From Catajapyx aquilonaris (lineage: Eukaryota): 64,000 nt of DNA. A program made the translations under genes and the position numbers. The stretch is taken from the NCBI GenBank assembly GCA_000934665.2, contig JYFJ02000538.1:1-64000 (forward strand). The letters run 5' to 3'. Shown in pieces: positions 39,783 through 59,300 of this stretch (positions are counted from its first letter, which is position 1; the number at the start of each line of letters is the position of its first letter). The notes below the pieces were generated by a model. It searched no databases, had not been told where the DNA came from, and was given only the letters and a program-made list of their open reading frames with translations.

Positions 39783-40523
39783 ATGCTGAAGCTTTGGATG
39801 TCCATCTTGTTCCTCTTGGTCGTACTCTCAGCAGGTAAGCATACCATTTAATTATGGTACCTTTAAAATTACTGGCAACAGATAGTCCAAACACTGTCTC
39901 AGTCGCTATCATAAAAGTTTCTAGATATTATAAAGTTCCTCTTCGCGAATTTCGTTTTGGTACATGCTTTTTTGTATAGGTTTAATCTATGACGTATTTT
40001 TAAATCCCGGTAGAGATGACTCACAACTAAAAACTCATATTTCAAAATTGGTTGAACAGACATGTATCCGGATTCAACTTGATGAGTATACCATACATTC
40101 AACTTTCTTCTCAACATAACTGTTCAATATACAGGGTGCGAAAATTTAACGTAGGTATATCATCATACGATGGTAGGCAGGTTCTAGAGTATCTAGAGTG
40201 TTCTAGAGTCTAGACGATCATTTTAAGTAGGCCTATAGTTTTCGCAGCCTGGTTACCGAGATAATGTGGTTCAAACATAAGGTATAAGATATCCTGGCAG
40301 GTATGCGTCCCTCCTGACCTCCGCGACCCGACATTTTTCATTTATACAGCAATTAAAATAATTATATAATAATTATTGCCTTTGCACATTTCCAGTGTCC
40401 GAGGCAGGCTTTGGGTGCCCAACAAATGAACAGAAATGTTACCTACATTGCAAGGCCATTCCAGGATACAAGGGAGGCTACTGCGACATCTGGACAGCCA
40501 GGCTTAGGTGCATCTGTTTTTAG
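39783..40523 (+). CDS. CS-alpha-beta defensin 2, GFGCP type (exons 39783-39834 and 40396-40523)
   Basis: MLKLWMSILFLLVVLSA/VSEA signal split by a phase-1 intron; mature GFGCPTNEQKCYLHCKAIPGYKGGYCDIWTARLRCICF; absent from ORF track. Confidence 0.92.
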
Positions 40524-40706
40524 CATAACTTATCTGCATTTTCTGTGAGAAAAATGTCCTAGTCTAACTGTTGTATATACCTGCAGTCAATTAAAGAAAG
40601 TCATAATTCAATGTAAAATCAGCATATCATATAGGTTGATTTTTGTGCCAATAATTTTTTTTTGCAAATCTAGGCAAAAAAACACCAAGGTCATATGCCA
40701 TGTAGC

Positions 40707-40757
<51 letters not shown>
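40707..40757. repeat. (TGA)17 microsatellite
   Basis: Perfect trinucleotide run. Confidence 0.95.
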
Positions 40758-41112
40758 CACAGTCGTAGTGTTTGTTTACGTATAGCACAGATCTTTATTA
40801 TTTTTCGTCATGTATTACATTTGCTGATTTTGAGGTTGAAGGTAGGGTTCATGAGTATAATTTTATAATTCACGACACTTCAGACCCTCTTATACGGTCA
40901 TACCTTTTCTCTTGGTCCAAGGTAGAGAAGGAAGTTAAAATTTGCTTCAGTATATTGTTAGAAAATTTGGAAAAGACCCAACCAAGCAAAGGTAGTGGGG
41001 ACAGGATTTGAACCTCCACTTGCTTTACTAACCTGCTGTGGCATAATCACAAGTCCACCTTGCCCCCTTATACAGTTTTATAGATGCAATAGTAAGTTTC
41101 TTCCATTACAAA

Positions 41113-42418
41113 TTATTTCTCCCGTGGATGAAAAGATGGCTGTACACAGTATGCAGGACCATTAAGGCATCTTCTGCAGCACTTTAAGTCACCTGGACAA
41201 GTGTAGTCACCGATACAGCTTGCTTCCAGCCCTGGGCGAAGAACTGTGCCAGCAGGAAGGGTCTCCAATGGAGGGCAAATCCCAGGTTTCCATCCTGGCA
41301 TAATATTCAGATGTTAAAATTACGTTCATCACTGATAATGGCACTAAAGCAAGCCTAGCATTTACGGTACCTCCGCACTGGTATTTGGGGCAGCAGTCAT
41401 GATCATCTTGAAAACTCAAACACGATGGATCCTCAGGAGCTTCTGGGCAAGTCTCAATTTGACATGACCACAATGCTGGAAATGTTACATTATATAGTGA
41501 TGTTTCTGCTCCAATAACTTGCAACAATCAAATAGCCTATTTGTGTTTAAGAAATAATGGGTTTACCTCCTTTTCCACAATAGTACTGCTTGCAACATGA
41601 TTCTGAAGGAGAAGTGGATGCCCAACAGGTTCGGTTGTATGGTGGTGGTGGACATTGGTGACCTAAGCATGGGTCAGGCTCTGACACCAAAGGACAATCC
41701 ATCCAAGGTGCCAGCAAAACCAAAGCATTTGAACTAGCTGCTTGGCCTGGGCACAGCTTCAGTGGGCCTGATCCTAACTGAACATTTCTGCGCAGCACAT
41801 AACCCTGACCTTAATTAAGAGGAGAATTAGGTCCAAATCTTGCAGGCCAAATTGCACTTATTAACTTACGAGGACACAGGGCCATTGTATAAGATGGTTC
41901 CCAAGGAAACTTGGCAAAAACACAGTTGCGATTCAGAGCAGCTGTCATCTCTGCAGGAAGAAGCTCTTCTGCAGACTCTTCATCAGCTCCTTCGGAGTCC
42001 ACCAAATCAGATTCAGTGACTCGTTCAGGAAAACCAAATTTAGGATTCCATCTGCTTGTTCTGGCTTCAATTCTTTCCATAACAGTCCGTGAATCAGGCA
42101 CCTGTGATTCAAACCATCTACTCTGACCACTACACACGAAGAAGCCGTATAGTTCAGACTGAAGTAGGAACTACATACAACCTGAACTCCTTCATGCCCT
42201 TGACTGGCATCCTGTGGCCTATGTCCATGTTCCGCATTCCCTGCTGATCTTTGAAGATGCCTAACATCATAAGATGGCCAGTTCAGTTGCGAAAACGGTC
42301 GTGAAAATTCACTGATGGTCCTGTCGCGTCCAAAACGAAGGACATCCCAATCATCCTCTGTTGAAGACGCTACCAGAAGAGCAGTGGCAATAGCTGCCAC
42401 CAGTGCTAAGGAATCCAT
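41113..42418 (-). CDS. Secreted cysteine-rich protein with C-terminal WAP-like domain, ~5 exons
   Basis: Signal MDSLALVAAIATALLVASS; two CP..C..CC..YxC modules; terminal KPGICP..SCIGDYTCPGDLKCCRRC..YCVQP. Confidence 0.7.
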
Positions 42419-42677
42419 TTCAAGAAAGGCTGAGAGCTCCCAGAGCATTTCTATTTCATAGTTCTTGCTTGCTGATGCTGTACATTCTAACCAGGTAATT
42501 GATCCAAGTTCAGAGAGAAGGAATTTGAATGACAACATCCCCACACAACGTGACAATAGCTGACATGATCCTTACTCTGCAACACAGTCAATAACCCTTC
42601 AGTCATACCCCAGGATATGTGCATGACAATGACAAATAATTCAGGAGATCAAAGCTGATTTATTTAGCCTCATCTCA

Positions 42678-43889
42678 TCATCCCCGACAATCAGCCAGTG
42701 CCTGACATTTATTTGCCCATTGTTGGAGAGAAATGGGCAGAGAATCTATCACACGCTTTTGCTTGAACACAGCCCATAGTGAAATGTCAGCCAACGATGG
42801 CTGCTTGCCTTCAGTCAGCCATCCCCACCTCCCAATAGACTTTTCTGCTTCTTTGGCTGCAGTCTTCCACCATCCACTTCTGATTCTTGATTGCTCCGCT
42901 ATGTCCAACCAATAGTCTACTTGTGCAGCGCTTTCTGGCCCCTTGCATTCATACTTCAGCAACTCAGGGAATTTTCTGGATCCACCCAGGCAGCTGGATT
43001 CACACAATCGGACCAGGAATCGCACCAAGACAGACTCACCCTTTAGCGTAAGTCTCTGAGGGTGTACTACAACCTGCAATAATGTAATTACCTTGGGTCA
43101 ATATTATACTTGTATTAAGGCTGGCTTACCTAAGAAAAACAGAGCTTTGTTGGAATTGACCTGAGTAACCTCCAAATAGTTTATGACTTCTGGTTCTTGC
43201 TCATAAATGAACAGCAATTGTCATAGTTTTTCTAAAGTTGTCCTGTTCAACAGTGTGGCACATTATTATCAGTATTATGAACACACAAAAATTGGGAACA
43301 ATTGGTTTAGATAATACTGAGGGTATGCTCAAAATCATTCTAGCAAATTTTCACGGAAGGTAAAATCAGGTATTAGCCAACGTAAAAGTAAATGTGACAA
43401 TTTCTATGAAGACTCTTACGCGTACTAGATTTTCTTCGCACTTGCTTGACCGAAATAAAAACACTATAATCACTGTACCATATACTAAAATTATAAAAAT
43501 TATAACAGCAAACCTGTGGTTCAAGCCCAACTCGTTTCCAGATGAGCCTAATTCTGACTTTCATTGGCCCATTAGTGGTGCTGGGAATGTCCAGGAAGTG
43601 TTCCAACTTTTCAGGGAGCTCCTTGATAGATGAGTGCATATGTGTATATGCAACTATGGGGTAGACTTGTGCTATTTTACGAGCAAGGACCTGCAAGACG
43701 TACGGAGGGTGATGTGGATCTGCAAACACAGTAAAATCAGAGGGCAGGTCTGCCCTCGCGCAACCCTCAGCAGAGAGTAATTGGTGTCGTAAAGCGGAGA
43801 CTTGTTCAGCCAATGCCTTAGCTCGCTCAAACACTGAATCCCAATTCTCTTGTAGGGAAGATAATAAAGCTGCAGTGTTGTCCCCATGC
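42678..43889 (-). CDS. AIMP2: Aminoacyl-tRNA synthetase complex-interacting multifunctional protein 2 (two exons; no own start exon found)
   Basis: DFTVFADPHHPP, THMHSS..LPEKL, LIWK, LKGESVLVRFL, VDYWLDIA, WL..PSLADISLW GST-like motifs; exons 43889-43514 and 43073-42678. Confidence 0.87.
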
Positions 43890-44088
43890 CTGAAACAAAT
43901 TCATTGTAGTCAAGAACAGGAGTGAACAAAAAGTAGAAGCAGGATAACAAATCACAAGTGCTTTAATTTTGAAACAAAAAATTACAACCATGCAAATAAT
44001 GTGCAAAATTGTGTAACAGAAAATACTGCCACATGCAACTAAGATAACAAAGGATCAAGAGAAATGTCATTGAAAACACTGAAGGCAG

Positions 44089-47726
<3,638 letters not shown>

Positions 47727-48053
47727 CTTGGATGGAGTGGCAGCCGCATTCGAAAGCCCATCATCACGAAAAAGATAGCGAATATTCAGTTTAAAATATT
47801 TAAAAATACAAAATAGCCCCGTGTTTAAATGAGCTATAATACCAACTTATATTTAGTAAATGAGCGTGCATTATTAAATTTTGTAATCAGAGATTCCGGG
47901 TCGTCATTGGCCAATCACGAGCCATGCTCTCAGTATCGTATATGTTATTACGGTATCCGTACTTTGCTTCTCTGTTGGGTTCACTTCACTGGTTTACTTA
48001 TCTTTTAATTACTCTCCATTTAGCTGGTGGTGCTTGGAACAAACAGACGCAAC

Positions 48054-48434
48054 ATGCCCCCTAAGCTCAAGGCTGCTAAGATTCTTCATGTCACATTCGT
48101 ACTTGAGAGGAACCAGCAAGAGTCTGAAGCGAAAGGTGACACCTCTGCGGTCGCTGCAAGCACTGAACCTGCAGCTACTTCTGAAGGCACTGGTGATCGT
48201 GCAGGTGAAATGAAGAAGTATGTGTGCGAGTACTGTGACACGACGTATCCACACGAGTCCTTGCTGTGCTGGCATATGAAGGTGGTGCACAAGATTAAGG
48301 TGCATGAGGACTCGTGCATCATTTGCCAGGAGCATAATTCCTACAGTGGGTCACTCAGTGTGACCTTGGATTCTGCAGAAGGGTCACTGCTGTGCTTAGA
48401 AGATAAGGAAATAAACGAGGTGGAGTTTGATTAA
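48054..48434 (+). CDS. Small protein with a single C2H2 zinc finger, divergent from FARSA
   Basis: YVCEYCDTTYPHESLLCWHMKVVH; acceptor just upstream, donor gtaagg 7 nt after the stop. Confidence 0.5.
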   Translation: MPPKLKAAKILHVTFVLERNQQESEAKGDTSAVAASTEPAATSEGTGDRAGEMKKYVCEYCDTTYPHESLLCWHMKVVHKIKVHEDSCIICQEHNSYSGSLSVTLDSAEGSLLCLEDKEINEVEFD

Positions 48435-50723
48435 TTTGAAGGTAAGGTCTGAGAATGTTTGGCAGGATCCAAAACATACATGTGGTATGTGTCTGCTAGC
48501 GGTATGTAATAGTAATCTGATGATAAAAATATTTCGCATTGCAGAAGTTGAAGAATAGCTGCAAGAATAACAGGAAGCAGGATATAATAACCTGACTGAC
48601 ATTTACGACAGGAGAAAAACAAAGTTTTTAGCAATTACTTATGTGTACTTATGTGTCCGCAGCAGCAGACTGGGAGGAATGGACAGGTCAATGCTTGTGA
48701 AAGACTGGTTACTAGCTGTCTCAGTTGTGGCAAAAATGGTTGAAGGAATCGGATTGTCATGTATTACGTACAGTATGAACATCATGGCCGCTCATCTTGG
48801 TCACCTGGCATATTGACAGACCCTATGCACCGCAATGCTATATAGGTTTGTAATACTTTTTTTGTTGTTGATTTTTTGTAAATTCAAATTAGTCCCCAAA
48901 CTAGCATACCTCACATAATGCAGCAATATCATTTATCTGGTTAAATATTCCGATTTCATATTTCAGCAAAACTGCCATCAGGGGTGTCAATGTGTTGCTG
49001 GCCGAGATTCAACGTCTGTTGGTCCTGATTTTCAAAGGATTGACATTGCTACCATACGTGATCTACAACATCGGTCAGGAGCATGGGATTCAACATGAGA
49101 ATGACAATGTGAATATGTAGAATCTCACGATGGTGGAAGTGTTTCAGTTGACTAATTACTTTTTGCCAAAACAGAGATTGTTAGTATTGAAAGGAAAATA
49201 ATGTAAGACACAAAGCTGCACCTAGTGACCCTGCATAAAAAAATAAAGTATACTTAAATGTAAAAATTTCAAGCATGGACGTATAGGGGCATTTTAGCAC
49301 ATGTCATGCTAAGCAAACAGCACAAATGGAGGGTTGTAATCCCAACAGAACTTATGAAGTCAGTTACTGCAGAGGCACATGCAAGAGTTAGAATGAACTA
49401 CAACTGTAATGAGTGTGAGTGTATAGGAACAGGTAAATTGACGGTGGGTTTAGCAGGAATTAAGTAAAAGAGGTTCATGATGTGAAAGAAGATTATCAGA
49501 GCATCTGTCAAAAAAAAAATTTATTATGTTTGCTGTTTGCTTACATATGTGAAGGCTGCCAGATATGCTATAGCCACCTGTAGTACAATATACTTGTCAT
49601 GATGACTTTAATTGCTAGTGTCCGATTATTTTTGCAATATGTATGTTCATACTGTATGTACTACACATCTCAAGCTGCCAAAGCTGTAACATATGTTGCT
49701 CTGTCTAGATAAAAATGTTTTTGAAGAACAAAGGACTTTTCACAAAACTAATGCACAAAATGTCAGTTCCTAAAAGTGAGTGGGAACAGGGCTAATGGAA
49801 ATTTTGTGATAATTTTGATGTGGTCAGGCCAATCAGTTTGTCACGGAAAAGTCTAGATGGAACAGCCCTCAATAATATGGTCCTACTATTGGCACACAAA
49901 TGACTAAGTTAGCTGGAGAGGAAACGCTCATGGAAAGAATTCCTTGCTCATTTTCAGTTCAGAAAATGCAGAGGGAAAAATTGATAAGGAAATAATATGT
50001 TTGTTTTTGTACCTTTTCATTAACAGAGTTGAATGTGTTGAACTTACACGAGTAATATACAGAAGTACCTGAACTATGTTTACGATGTGTTCAGACATGT
50101 GTCGACTGAGAATTAAAAGTGGCTTTTGAATAAATCATAATTAAATTATGGCAATATTTGTCCCTTCATCGCGAAATCCCTTTTTAACCCATTGTATGAA
50201 GTTGTGACAAGTATTTTCTGAAGCTATATATACCGACAAATGTAATGTTCCGTTAGCATATCACCAGACTTTTTAAAAAAATCACCACAATGTAAATTAA
50301 AATATTAAATCATATGCGGGATTTGGGTGTTCCAGATCAAAATATTGCAGGGTAGTCATGTTACAGGGTCAGTTATTGACCTCTGTCCACTCCATATATT
50401 TTTGACCAACTATATTCTGTAAAAATAAACTCTCCTAAATTCGAATTCAGTGCCCATTTCGAGTCCCATAAAATGTCCGCCTGGCGACACTGCCGTCGCC
50501 GTACTGTTTTCGGTCATGTGTACCTATCATTTACTTGTCGATTTTACTTTCAATGGTGATTAATTCCGCTCGTAATCGAGTGATATGACATGTGACGTCC
50601 ATGCGAAGTTTGTTGGCTGGATTCCAAGGCGTGCCCTTCAATTTATCTGCGAACTTTTGAGTCGTTACGTGTGCTCCTTCTCTCAGCTGCTTCTCGTGCA
50701 GTACGACGGAGGTGTGTCCGACG

Positions 50724-52861
<2,138 letters not shown>

Positions 52862-53385
52862 GACCAAAGATTGACTTTTACAAAATGGAATAAAGCATTT
52901 ATTATTGCAATGGCAGTGTCTGCATTGCAGATTCACACATGCTCCAGAACCACATTTTGTGTGAGAACATTCACCTGTAACTGATGTCAAACCGTGAAGT
53001 TCAGACCTTGCCACTTGTTTCATTCCGTTAAGTAAAATCAAGAGTATGCAGTGCCTTTCTCACAAATTGTTTGTAGTTGTGTTTTGCACTGAAGTGTCAC
53101 TGGGCACTAATATCATGCTTGGGAATCCAGCCTTTGCAATGGTGCCATTTAATATCAATTGAAGTGACTGGTAATGTGGCCACATCACTGAAATTCCATG
53201 TGCATATAAGTTAACTCATCAGTTGAGGTAAACGTGTTTTTAACATGCCGTGATCTTATAGTAGCCACCTCACTCATCAACAGTCCCTCAATTTGTGTCA
53301 GTTATTCTGATGTTTTATCTTATTTTTTGTGCTCTTAACATGGTCACATCATTCACATTCCATTTAAACATGCGAACGGTTGTTG

Positions 53386-56300
53386 CTAGCTGTGATAGAA
53401 GGCAAAGGCTGGTGATGGTGCTGGTGATGGTGAAGGTGGGCGCCCTGTGTTGGTGGCGATTGCCATTGATGACACACTCCTGGGTGGCACCACTGGAGCC
53501 ATGTTCCCTGTTCCACTGCCACTTCCTTGCGGGCCTCCTTCCTTCCCTTTCTCATCTTCCCTGAGCGGCAGCAGGAAAACGATTGCTAGTGCCATGGCTA
53601 CATGCCATGCACTGTGAACGAACAAGTAGTTCTCTTTGGTCTCCAAAAATGCAAAGCATGCCAAGCCAGTGCCGACACAGGCAAGTCCTGGTGGCAGGCA
53701 TAGCAGCCAATATCGGCCGTGGGGGTAGCACGCCTTCTTGGTGCGGCACCGGATGGCCCACGAGAACGTCAGGATCCCCATTCCTATGATGGCAGGTACC
53801 ACAAACAGCCAGAGTCCAGTGCGGTCGCTCTCTACGCCCAGAGCAAGACCCACAGCCCCACCAACATGCAAGACTGAAGCCAGGCCCGTGGGCAGCTTGG
53901 CCATGGCAATCAGAGTGACCCACAGAGAGAGCACAGCAGAGAAGAAATCACCAAACTGGAGCACCCCCAGTTTTAGGAGGCAGAAGGAGTAAGCATCCTC
54001 ATCACAAGCATGGTAGAACTGCAATGAATAGAGTATGTAAAATAATGCATGTCATGAGTATTCAGTGCTGGTAAACTTACGGTGGAGAAAAGCATGGTGC
54101 AGGTGTAGACCAATGCCTCGGTGAAGAATCGCCTCCTGAGTGCCACGAAGAGTGCAGGCACAAATGCGAGGTTGCTGAGTGTCAGTAGTAGTGTCGCCAG
54201 GAGAAGCTCTGACTGTGGGATAGCCTCCCTGTCATCTGTGCATCCCCAGCCTCGGTACCCTGTCCCAAAGAATAAGGGTCCTCATATATTTCATCTGCAT
54301 TTCAACCAGCACAGATCGCGTCTATGTGTTTAATAAAGTGTCACTAAGGGCCGGTTTCACCAAGACCGGTTTTGATAAAACCCCGGAAAATCCCTGCAAA
54401 TAGAATAGAGATTTTCCGAAAGAACCAGGGTTTTATCACAACCGGTCTTGGTGAAGCAGGCCCTAATATACAGTTAAAAAATAGTAAACACTGTAACAAA
54501 TACTACTGTCTGCTGTAAATAGGAACTGGCTGTGATCAATTAACAAGCTTAGGTGTAGCAGAATTTTCCACCTGCCAGTCACTCCTTACTATAATAGGTA
54601 CTAATAGGTAGGCTATAATAGGTAATAATAGGTACTATAATAAGTAATAACAAGGTAATAAACTGCTACCATTGGAATCTTTGCATTTATCATACTAATG
54701 AGAAAAGCATGAGATAATTTCGATAGAGTCATATAAGGAGGCTGGTAAATAAATTCTGTCACACCCAGTATTTCTCATCCTCACCTGCAGAGCACACACA
54801 GGTTGAGAAGATAATTCCACCTGAGATGTACTGGTAGCACTTTCCATGCCGTCCACACCTCCCATACACGCATGAGGCAGATGACAGCCCCAGAGCCACA
54901 CGTGTCTTTCCTTCACACTCGACTTCCGTTTGATTGGGCTTCCCATCATTCCCGGTTCGTAGTGTGTAGCAAAATGCCTGAATGGACACATGCCACGTTC
55001 CAGGAGCTGGGTATGGGATCAGTGCCGAGTCTCCCATGGCAACAAATCGGGTCGAATTAACCTGCAGTGCTGTGATACCAGAAGGGCCAGGCCCACAGTT
55101 TCGGGGCAACCTTGGCTTTGAACGAGCCCCATGACTCAAACATGCGACGACACTTGTGTTGTATGCAGTTGTGTTCTGTTTGCACAAAGAAGAGAGATTG
55201 CATTAATGGATGGGTAATGTGGATGTTAGATTATAGGGAGCGGGCTCACCACGGTGGGATCCAATCCCAGTTCGAATATGAGGGTCCCTCCACTGTCCAA
55301 CACTGGAGCAAGATCAAAGGTCAGGAGTGTTGGGATGTGGCTGTCCACTAGGAACTCCAGGCCGGAGCCAGTCGTTGTGTTGATGACAGATGCACGTTCA
55401 AACTCAAACAGGAAGTTACCTGCCATTGATTTCCGTAGGAGAGGTTCTCTGCAATAAAATCATGCACCACGTTTCATGGTTGAATGAGTTTGTCATGGTT
55501 AGTGTGAAATATGATGTCCTATCTCATCAGAGCAAGAGATCATCTAAGGAAATGGACCAATGTTGCTCAGATAATAATATACTGTATTTCTACCTTGTCC
55601 AGCAATCTTGAGCAGTGGGCTTGGGTGTTGGTCCCCCTGGGAATAGAACCCTAAGTTTGCTGGTCTTGTTGATGGAAGAGCAGATTTGTCTCGCATCTAG
55701 ATCGTTGACTAGCAAATAATCTGGCAAGGGTGGTGCTGGGATGCACGCTGAAAATTAAGTGCACAAGATGAGTCCTTTGTCAATGGCTTGTTACTACTGC
55801 ACTTACATTCGTACCCAACCTTGATCCCAAGCTGCAGTTGGGGTGCAAGGGGTGTGAGAGTGATGTAATGCCAGGCCTCCTCATGTGGAACCAGGCTCAA
55901 AGGGCAGGTCTCACTCTTGGGCCAGAAACTGCAATTCACCGAGGTGCTGCAAAATAAAAGGAGCACAACATAATACTCTTACCTCTTCAGTACTTATAAA
56001 CTGGCATAGCAAAATGAAGTGTCATTGGAAATTCTTAAGGTCCACGTTGCTAGTTAAAAACATCTTGAAATATACCATTTGCCCATCTGCACTCAAAGTT
56101 AATTTTTAATCAAACCATGAAGAAAATAACAATTGCTTATTGCAACTCGACTGGTATGTTGAGTGTTGACAAAAAATAAGTCTTCGCCAATTGTAGGCAT
56201 ACCTAGCTGGGTTAGCTGGATCAGGCAATGCGAGTGGACGGGCTGAAATGAGCAATGGACAGTGGACGTCCCCTAGTGAAGGCAAGTTGATGGAGCAGCG

Positions 56301-59300
56301 ACTGACATTCACTACCACCCGCCATGTTCCCACAGGGACATAAAACCTGGAAGAAATTCAGATGACATTGGCAACATCTATTTATGATGTCTTGAAAGTT
56401 AATTAATTCCATAAGTAAGAATCAGTCCCAAGTAACACTCTGGATGCTACAAAAGTACTGCTCACAACGCACTTGTAAGTGATGGGTGCAGGAAGCTGTT
56501 GAAAAAGCTGAAGATCCTGGGCCAGCCCTGGGTCAGGAAGCAATGGAGGCACCCTAGCTGCAGGTGTGATGCTGAGGGAGGAGGATAGAGAGGCTGTGCA
56601 AGATCTGAAGAGTCCCTTTGGAGCAATGGTCTCTGCCCCGGGCTGGAGGAATGCAGCTGCAAACCACTCCCCCGGCAAAGGGTTGGAGATGTTGAGAACC
56701 CTTGGATGCCCATCGCTCAGCAGGCGGATGTGGTATGGCAGTTGGCGGGGAAGTATGAAGTGGTCAGGGAACAGCGTCCCATCTGGATTCACCACTGGAA
56801 AACTCCAGGGTTGAATGTACCTGGAATGTGCATTAATGGTAGATTTGTAGCACATGTAGTGGTGCAGTTATTGCCAGTAGACGAGGTTGATTTCAGATAC
56901 ATCTATTTTGGATTCTTTTCATATTTTGGATAAAGTTTCACCTAGCAGTGCAGATGATATTCATGATAACATTTTAAAGCTAATTAAATTTATCAGGAAG
57001 ATGATGATTCCCATAGCCTAGCATTGGGTGAGCTACATACTTTTCTCTATTGAAAGTGCCAAAAGTGCAGATAACTCTTTGCCGTAAACCCCTTGAATTA
57101 GTGTGTTACGAATACTTACCATACATTTATGTTTTTAAAAATGGTAAATGGAATGCAGCATTAATTTAAAACCTCCTTGGAAAGTGAAATTGTTAAAAAA
57201 AAAACCCAGCAATTTCAGGGGCCAAACACTAACAGGTGCCTCAACTTGTGCCTAGCATGCCAGATTGATAAGGATTTCTTTTTATGGCCTACGAGGAGTG
57301 TTCCAAGAAATAGAGCTCCTAAGGTGATAAAGCTCAACCTGCTGAACCACATGTTGTTGAGGAGATCTGAATTTTGATTTGTCTTTTTCAAAGCAATTGA
57401 CTTCAGTGTTGCAAAAAAGTTGCATATTGTCAACACTCGTTCCTATTTGTTATTTACCTCAAATGTTGGAAGTGTCAGTCACTTTACTGCCCTTTCAGGG
57501 AGAAATAGTGTCCAGTAGCTACAAATATAATACATACATGACAGTAGTAACAAACACTAGCTATTGGCTCTGTACAACAGGTGTCTTGATATCATCCTGT
57601 TGTTTATGTTTGATCAGATCTTATTAATTCCCACTGTGCACGTAACACATGTGCATGAGATAACCCTAATCACAAAGTCATGACCTTCCTAAATGCAGGA
57701 GAAAATTTTTTATCGCAGGTGTACTGTACGGATAGTAGCCTACAAGTTTTTAAAAAGGCCACTGTAACGTTGTTATTCTTATGAGTGAATTAAACCTTTG
57801 AAGCACCATTCATACACACAAATAGCTTTGAAATTGTGAAGACCCCTTGATTAGCGCATCTGCAATTGATGTACTGTATGTATATGCTACACGAAAAAAA
57901 AGGCGCATACAAGTGTGCCCCTCCGAAAGCCTGCAATTACCCCAACGTGCACCGCCTATAATTAGCCCATTTGTGTGAGGCAAGAGCGCGACTTCAACCC
58001 GATGCGAAACGGGTCACGCCCTTTGCTATTAACAGTCTGCCTAATTTTAAACCGCGTTGTGGGAACTGGGGCTCAGATAACATGAGTGGGTATCATATTT
58101 TTTGTGTGCGCTCAGCAGGAGGCAACACTGTCCCGAAAAAAATCTGCAACCAAGGACTTCAAGGACTGATACCACCTAATCTTGAAACAAACATATGATA
58201 AAACCCTGTAGATTCGAGTGCATGCGGGCAAAGGCAGGTGATAATATTAATTAACTTAAAAGTTGCAGTGTTCCCGAGACCAGGCGGGTAGGGTCGAAGT
58301 TATTGATTGTTTGTCCCAGCAACTAGTTTTAAAATATCATGAGCCAAATGTGTGTTTTTTTTCACGCAGCGCAGCGATTTGAAAGAATACATCGTTAAAC
58401 CTAATGGAATAGGTGCTAACAATTCAGATAACCACTAATCGAAAGTGACTGCTTAATAATCGTCTTATAGCCTAATAATCGCTAACCACTCCGTTTTTTT
58501 TATACCCCAGTTGGGAAAATATAAAGTACGCTTTAATCGTAATGTCACCACTAATATGCTGATTGGCTGCAATAAATATGTTCAATTATTTACGTCCGAT
58601 AATGAGTCATTCCTAATCGAAAGTTCATTGCAATTCAGATGGGCCTATACCAGCAGCTAAATAGCAGCACTCCAAAGTAGCTGCTTACAAATACACTGTA
58701 CTCCCGATTATCCGGATGCGGATTATCCGTACATCGCCATAACAAAGGAAAATAAATAAATGTCCGAAAAATGTCAGTGTGGCATTGCTTTTTCCAGGAG
58801 ACCAATTATAAAAAATGTGGTAAGTTTGCCGATTATTAGCCCGGATAATCGGGAGTACGGTAGTAATATCAGGTCGGGTTGTATAAACATTTATCGTAAA
58901 GTTCCCACAACCGGTCCTTATAGTGCCTCGTCCAAAAATGTGAAATTAGGATGGACCTACAGCGAGACATTCCTCGGATTGCACCCTCTGGTTTCGTTGG
59001 CCACGAAGGTCCAATCGGCCGCCAGGGCCTCTGGAGACACGTCGTACCGAAACAGCTGCACGTCCTTGTACCCCCGATAGGCGAAGAGCTGGACAGCAGC
59101 CAGTCTTTGCTGCAGGACAGCCTCGTCTGAAATCATCCGGGTGTGAAGGGGGGGGGGGGGGGGNGACAATCAACACAAACATATCTTTGGGTACTATATG
59201 GGAAGGAGAGGCTATTATTCATCCACACGACTCCTTTTTCCATGTCCATAGTATCCCGCCCCCTTTTCCCCAGTGGGGTCGATAACACCTCTTTCCCGGA

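Noticed and set aside
43672..43950. ATG at 43887 as the AIMP2 start
   Set aside because: Out of frame with the AIMP2 domain and terminates at 43672
54584..54660. AATAGGT-type short repeats as a CRISPR-like array
   Set aside because: Low-complexity intronic minisatellite with no unique spacers and no cas genes
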